Assembly (NCBI GenBank): GCA_016927055.1
Contig: JAFGNK010000115.1
Span: forward strand, 1-41,337
DNA length: 41,337 bases
Reading direction: 5' to 3'
Source of the DNA: Methanotrichaceae archaeon
Lineage (GTDB): Archaea > Halobacteriota > Methanosarcinia > Methanotrichales > Methanotrichaceae
In this document: in pieces, positions 37,406 through 41,337 of the stretch
How the letters are laid out: the number at the start of each line of letters is the position of its first letter
How positions within the stretch are numbered: position 1 is the stretch's first letter
The notes under the pieces: generated by a model
Database searches by the model: none
Told to the model about the DNA's origin: nothing
Seen by the model: the letters and a program-made list of their open reading frames with translations, nothing else
Position numbers and translations under genes: made by a program

Positions 37406-37494
37406 CGTCCCGACCGGGATTCGAACCCGGGTTGAAGGCTGTCCGCGCGAAGAAGCTCCGCAGGCCTCCGGGATATCCACTACCCCATCGGGAC
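37406..37494 (-). tRNA. tRNA-Arg(GCG) with 17-nt intron (37441-37457) at position 37/38
   Basis: Acceptor GTCCCGA/TCGGGAC; GAGGC-CT-GCG-G^A-GCCTT; BHB central helix CUGC/GCGG with a 2-bp outer helix. Confidence 0.9.
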
Positions 37495-37530
37495 AAAACA
37501 TCCCTCATGGCATGCTTTTAGTTATTAAGC

Positions 37531-38310
37531 TTATTGGCCTGATGACCTGGTCTGAGCGGTTCTTATCGCGCGCAGAAAGTCAATCTTTCGAAATTCAGGC
37601 CAGTAGGGTGCGCAAAAGTATGCAGCGCACTCATTACCGTTGGCCTGCCAGGGCAGGAAATTGGAGGTGCGGCAGTCTCCGCCCGTCCTGATGATCAGAT
37701 CGACTTTGGGCACGGGGATGCCGTCCTGAGGATAGAGGTGCTGGGCGATCAGATTCTCATCCACATCTGCGGCTTTGATCTTCCCTGCCGAAACCTGGCG
37801 CGCCAGATAGCGCGCCGCGTCTATCAGCTCGCGCTGGCCGCCGTAGGCCAGGGCCACGTTCAGGTACATATTATCATATTTTCGCGTGGCCTCCTGGGTG
37901 CGGCAGATCTCCTCCTGAAGGTCTTGCGGCAGCATCTCCACCCTGCCGATGGCCCGCACGCGAATCTGATTGTGGTGAATCTTTTTGGAGCGCTTCAGCT
38001 CTATGAACTTATTTTTGATCAGATCGAATAGATAGCGCTTCTCCGTCTCATTTCTGGAAAAGTTCTCTGTAGAAAAGGCATATAGGGTGAGGTGTCTGAC
38101 ACCCACGTCCAGGCACCAGTCCATAACCCTTTCCGAGGTATCTGCACCAAGGCTGTGCCCCAGGAACTTGGAGAGACCTTTTTGTCTGGCAAATCTGCGG
38201 TTTCCATCCTGAATAATGGCCACATGCTCCACCGGCACTCCGGCAAGGATGCGTGACTTCAAAAGCCGCTCATAAAAGGTGTAGGCTGGGTTTCTCAAAA
38301 TGAAACTCAT
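37531..38310 (-). CDS. uppS: cis-prenyltransferase (undecaprenyl diphosphate synthase family)
   Basis: HVAIIQDGNRR, YAFSTENF.R, YGGQ.E, IRTGG..RTSNFLPWQ. Confidence 0.93.
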   Translation of the reverse strand: MSFILRNPAYTFYERLLKSRILAGVPVEHVAIIQDGNRRFARQKGLSKFLGHSLGADTSERVMDWCLDVGVRHLTLYAFSTENFSRNETEKRYLFDLIKNKFIELKRSKKIHHNQIRVRAIGRVEMLPQDLQEEICRTQEATRKYDNMYLNVALAYGGQRELIDAARYLARQVSAGKIKAADVDENLIAQHLYPQDGIPVPKVDLIIRTGGDCRTSNFLPWQANGNECAAYFCAPYWPEFRKIDFLRAIRTAQTRSSGQ

Positions 38311-38431
38311 TCGTTTTATTAGCTTCGCGAATTACTATTTAAATAATTCCGCTGCGCCGGACGAAAATAAGTTTGCAGTTCTCTTCCCAAGGGCAAGATA
38401 CTAATAGCTGATGGCTTACTTGCTACTCCGA

Positions 38432-38505
38432 GGGCCTGTGGTCTAGCTGGTTATGACATCGCCTTCACACGGCGGGGATCACGCGTTCGAATCGCGTCGG
38501 GCCCA
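38432..38505 (+). tRNA. tRNA-Val(CAC)
   Basis: Acceptor GGGCCTG/CGGGCCC-A; TCGCC-TT-CAC-AC-GGCGG; ACGCG-TTCGAAT-CGCGT. Confidence 0.93.
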
Positions 38506-38653
38506 TTTGTATTTTGGCCGACACAAGCTTTAACTATTTAAGAGTGGTTTTTAACGCAAGGGCGCAAGAAAGATGCTTTGGCTGCTTGGGGCAAAAATGA
38601 CCCCCAAAATATCATTAATCTTATGTCCATATTTAATTATTTGAGGTGATAAG

Positions 38654-38977
38654 CTGTATCAAAGAGGTCGTGGCAGGGAAGAAGAAGGGGCTGTAATTAC
38701 CAGAGTTCGTCTCCCTCGCAAACAGGATAGAGAGATATTTGGTCATGTGGAAAGTTTGCTTGGCTCCAATCGCATAAAAGTGAGATGCATCGACGGTGTT
38801 ACCAGGATGGGCCGCATACCTGGTAAGATGAAGAAGAGGATCTGGATCAGGCAGGGTGATGTGGTTATTGTTATTCCCTGGGATATCCAGGATGAAAAGG
38901 CAGATGTGGTCTGGAGATATACAGGTCCCCAGGTAGACTGGCTGCGGCGCAAGGGATTTCTGAAAGGAACTACTTGA
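38654..38977 (+). CDS. eif1a: Translation initiation factor aIF-1A (probable CTG start)
   Basis: RVRLP...[27 protein letters not shown]...PWD.QDEK.D..WRY. GAGGTGAT SD precedes CTG; in-frame TGA at 38642. Confidence 0.92.
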   Translation: MYQRGRGREEEGAVITRVRLPRKQDREIFGHVESLLGSNRIKVRCIDGVTRMGRIPGKMKKRIWIRQGDVVIVIPWDIQDEKADVVWRYTGPQVDWLRRKGFLKGTT

Positions 38978-39002
38978 AAGGAATCTTCTTGAAAGGCACA
39001 TT

Positions 39003-39803
39003 ATGAGCAGGCGTACCGAGGATGAAGATTTCGATACCAAGATCGATGTTCTTCGTACCAGGATAAAGGATTCCGATGATCTAAATGTCCAGGATGCTGT
39101 CTTCGATAAGCGCACCCTGATGGACCTTTATAGCCTGGCCAATAAGGGCGTAATCGATGCTCTGGGCGGATCCATCTGCACCGGAAAAGAAGCCAACGTT
39201 TTCCGGGCCATAGTGGGCGAAAAAGAGCTGGCCCTAAAGATTTACCGCATCTCTACCAGCAATTTCAATGCCATGCAGGACTACCTGAATGGCGATCCAA
39301 GATTTGGGAACGTGAAGGGCACAAAGAGATCTATTGTCTCGGCCTGGGCCCGTAAGGAGTTTCGAAACCTGACGAGGGCGGAAGAGGTGGGCGTTCCCGT
39401 GCCCCATCCCATAGCCATGAAGGAGAACATACTGGTTATGGATCTGATTGGTAAGGGCGATTGCGTTGCTCCTTCGCTAAAGGACGTGGAACTGGAGACG
39501 GAAGAGGCAAAGCGCATTTTTGAAAAGATCGCTGATTATATCTCCGTGCTCTATAATCGCGCTCAGCTTGTCCATGCCGATCTGAGCGAGTTCAATATAC
39601 TCTATGACAAAGGCGATCCGGTAATAATCGATATGGGGCAGTCTGTTACCCTGGACCATCCGATGGCCAGAAGGTTTTTGGAGCGCGATATAGCCAACGT
39701 GGCCCATTACTTTAAGAAAAAATATAACGTTGGCTCGCCTGAGGAGATCTGGGAAAAGCTCCTAAAAGACAAAGAAGAGATAGACAAAGAGAAGGCTGAT
39801 TAA
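39003..39803 (+). CDS. rio1: RIO1-type serine/threonine kinase
   Basis: TGKEANVF, KIYR, W..KEFRNL, HADLSEFNIL, IDMGQ. Confidence 0.93.
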   Translation: MSRRTEDEDFDTKIDVLRTRIKDSDDLNVQDAVFDKRTLMDLYSLANKGVIDALGGSICTGKEANVFRAIVGEKELALKIYRISTSNFNAMQDYLNGDPRFGNVKGTKRSIVSAWARKEFRNLTRAEEVGVPVPHPIAMKENILVMDLIGKGDCVAPSLKDVELETEEAKRIFEKIADYISVLYNRAQLVHADLSEFNILYDKGDPVIIDMGQSVTLDHPMARRFLERDIANVAHYFKKKYNVGSPEEIWEKLLKDKEEIDKEKAD

Positions 39804-39804
39804 A

Positions 39805-40347
39805 TTGGATATCAAGATTCCAGAGGAGCGCGTAGGTGTGCTGGTGGGGCCGGGCGGCTCCATGAAGCACCTTATCGAAGAGAAGACAAAGACCACTCTT
39901 GAGATAGACAGCGAGACCGGCACGGTCTCCATTGCATCGGCTGTTGATCCATTGGCGGGCCTGAGAGTTCTAGACCTGGTAAAAGCCATCGGAAGAGGCT
40001 TCTCACCGGAGAGGGCTCTGGCCATTCTTGATGACGAGATGCTGATGCTCGATGTGCTGGACCTGTCCAGGATGGTGGGCACCAAGAACGATATGGAGCG
40101 CATCAAGGGCCGCATCATAGGCAAGGATGGGCGCTCGCGCGAGATCATGGAAAGGCTCACCGGCGCCAAGGTGTCGGTTTATGGCAAGACGGTAGCTATC
40201 TTGGGCTATCCTGAGCAAAACCGAGTTGCGCGCACTGCCATAGAGATGCTGCTTGATGGTGCCCCCCATGGAAATGTCTATGGCTTTTTAGAGAAGAAGC
40301 ATCAAGAGCTGGCCAGAGATGAGTTGAGGGAACAGGGCTTACTCTGA
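39805..40347 (+). CDS. KH-domain rRNA-processing protein (Dim2/Pno1-like)
   Basis: RVGVLVG..G, AIGRGFSPE.A, RIKGRIIG..G, G.PHG.VY; conserved aIF1A-RIO1-KH gene order. Confidence 0.9.
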   Translation: MDIKIPEERVGVLVGPGGSMKHLIEEKTKTTLEIDSETGTVSIASAVDPLAGLRVLDLVKAIGRGFSPERALAILDDEMLMLDVLDLSRMVGTKNDMERIKGRIIGKDGRSREIMERLTGAKVSVYGKTVAILGYPEQNRVARTAIEMLLDGAPHGNVYGFLEKKHQELARDELREQGLL

Positions 40348-40605
40348 AGCTCTTTGGATCTCTTTCTCTTTATCATTAATTTTTTTATTAATTATGTTGA
40401 ATGATTCATCTTGATTAGTCTATCCCTCTGGATTTTGGCAAATGGTTTTCGGCTAAATGGTATTCTGCTAAATATTCATTATCTTGAAATAGCATGGCGC
40501 TGAAAAAAAGCTGACCGATCAAGCGGTGATTTCTCGTTTAAAGGCGGCGGGCAGCTTATTAGCTTATATAATGGTATTGTAGATTGATCTGGCGAGGATA
40601 AAATT

Positions 40606-41337
40606 TTGGACTTGCAGTTACAGCTTGATTCCATTGATTGGCTGTTCATAGCCGCAGCACTGGTAGGCCTGTATTCCATCCTTCTTTTGCCGTTGAGGAA
40701 TAGCGAAGAGTGGCGCAGCCGGGGAATATCTGTCGGAAGCTTGCTGGGCATTCCTTTAGCCATATTCGTTCGTACCACCCGGGGCCTGAATCTGCTGGAC
40801 AGTCTGGCCCGTCCCAAGCGTTTTTGGAGGATCGTGGCCTCGGCCGGCATACCTCTGGTCATATTAAGCATGACCTATTTTTTGGTGCTGGTTCTTATGA
40901 TGACTTATTACATGATTCAGGAGCCACCCCAGCCCAGCAGCTATAACGCTCCCAGAAACATCCTTCTTATTCCGGGCTTAAACGAGTACATCCCCTTTGC
41001 CTGGGGCTGGATCGCTCTCTTTGTAACCATGGTAGTACACGAGTTTGCACACGGCATACTCAGCCGCGTTGAGGGCGTGCGCGTCAAGTCCATGGGAATT
41101 GTGGCCGTTTTTTTTGCCCCAATAGCTGCTTTTGTGGAGCCGGACGACGAGGAGCTCTTCGGCGGCAAAGACAAGCCGCCCAAGGTAAGCAGGGGTGCGA
41201 GGGTCAGGATCCTATCCGCTGGCGTTATCTCCAATTTTATTGTGGCGGCAGTGGCCATGGCCCTCTTCTTCGGGCCGGTCATAGGCTCCATATCTCCCTT
41301 AGACAGGCTGATAGTAGTCGATGTTCAGAACGGTTCC
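40606..41337 (+). CDS. Site-2 protease (M50 metallopeptidase), 3'-partial
   Basis: Not in the ORF track because it has no stop in the window. TTG start after GAGGA; PRNILLIPGLN, HEFAHG zinc motif, AFVEPD, AGV.SNF; open to the window end. Confidence 0.9.
   Translation, partial: MDLQLQLDSIDWLFIAAALVGLYSILLLPLRNSEEWRSRGISVGSLLGIPLAIFVRTTRGLNLLDSLARPKRFWRIVASAGIPLVILSMTYFLVLVLMMTYYMIQEPPQPSSYNAPRNILLIPGLNEYIPFAWGWIALFVTMVVHEFAHGILSRVEGVRVKSMGIVAVFFAPIAAFVEPDDEELFGGKDKPPKVSRGARVRILSAGVISNFIVAAVAMALFFGPVIGSISPLDRLIVVDVQNGS

Noticed and set aside
38633-39115. 160-aa minus-strand ORF
   Set aside because: Antisense to aIF1A and rio1.
40479-41291. Minus-strand ORFs 40479-40871 and 40941-41291
   Set aside because: Antisense to the site-2 protease gene, which the ORF track missed because it lacks a stop in the window.

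Overview
Core chromosomal segment of a methanogenic archaeon. Gene content and sequence style suggest Methanomicrobia, probably Methanothrix/Methanotrichales (inference, not verified). It holds the complete mtrEDCBAFGH operon, mtd, cofG, cofD and methanogenesis marker 12. It also holds many archaeal isoprenoid/lipid genes (AcnX-type phosphomevalonate dehydratase pair, HMG-CoA synthase-thiolase-DUF35, egsA, carS, cis-prenyltransferase). A glycogen cluster is present (GH57, debranching enzyme, two GT4, GalT-like, GT3-like synthase, headed by a single-domain KaiC-like ATPase). Other elements are the aIF1A-RIO1-KH operon, a site-2 protease running off the right edge, and four tRNAs (two with BHB introns). 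Most notable: (1) aIF1A and a YkgJ-family gene appear to need non-canonical starts, most likely CUG, which suggests start-codon-based autoregulation of an initiation factor; (2) an unannotated divergent pair of tiny membrane-protein genes with structured leaders, operator-like palindromes and tandem 3' hairpins at 12.66-13.36 kb; (3) a 956-aa exported sensor-domain/giant pentapeptide-repeat fusion inside the glycogen cluster; (4) the KaiC-like ATPase leading glycogen synthesis genes. All calls come from motif recognition by eye; no database searches were run.
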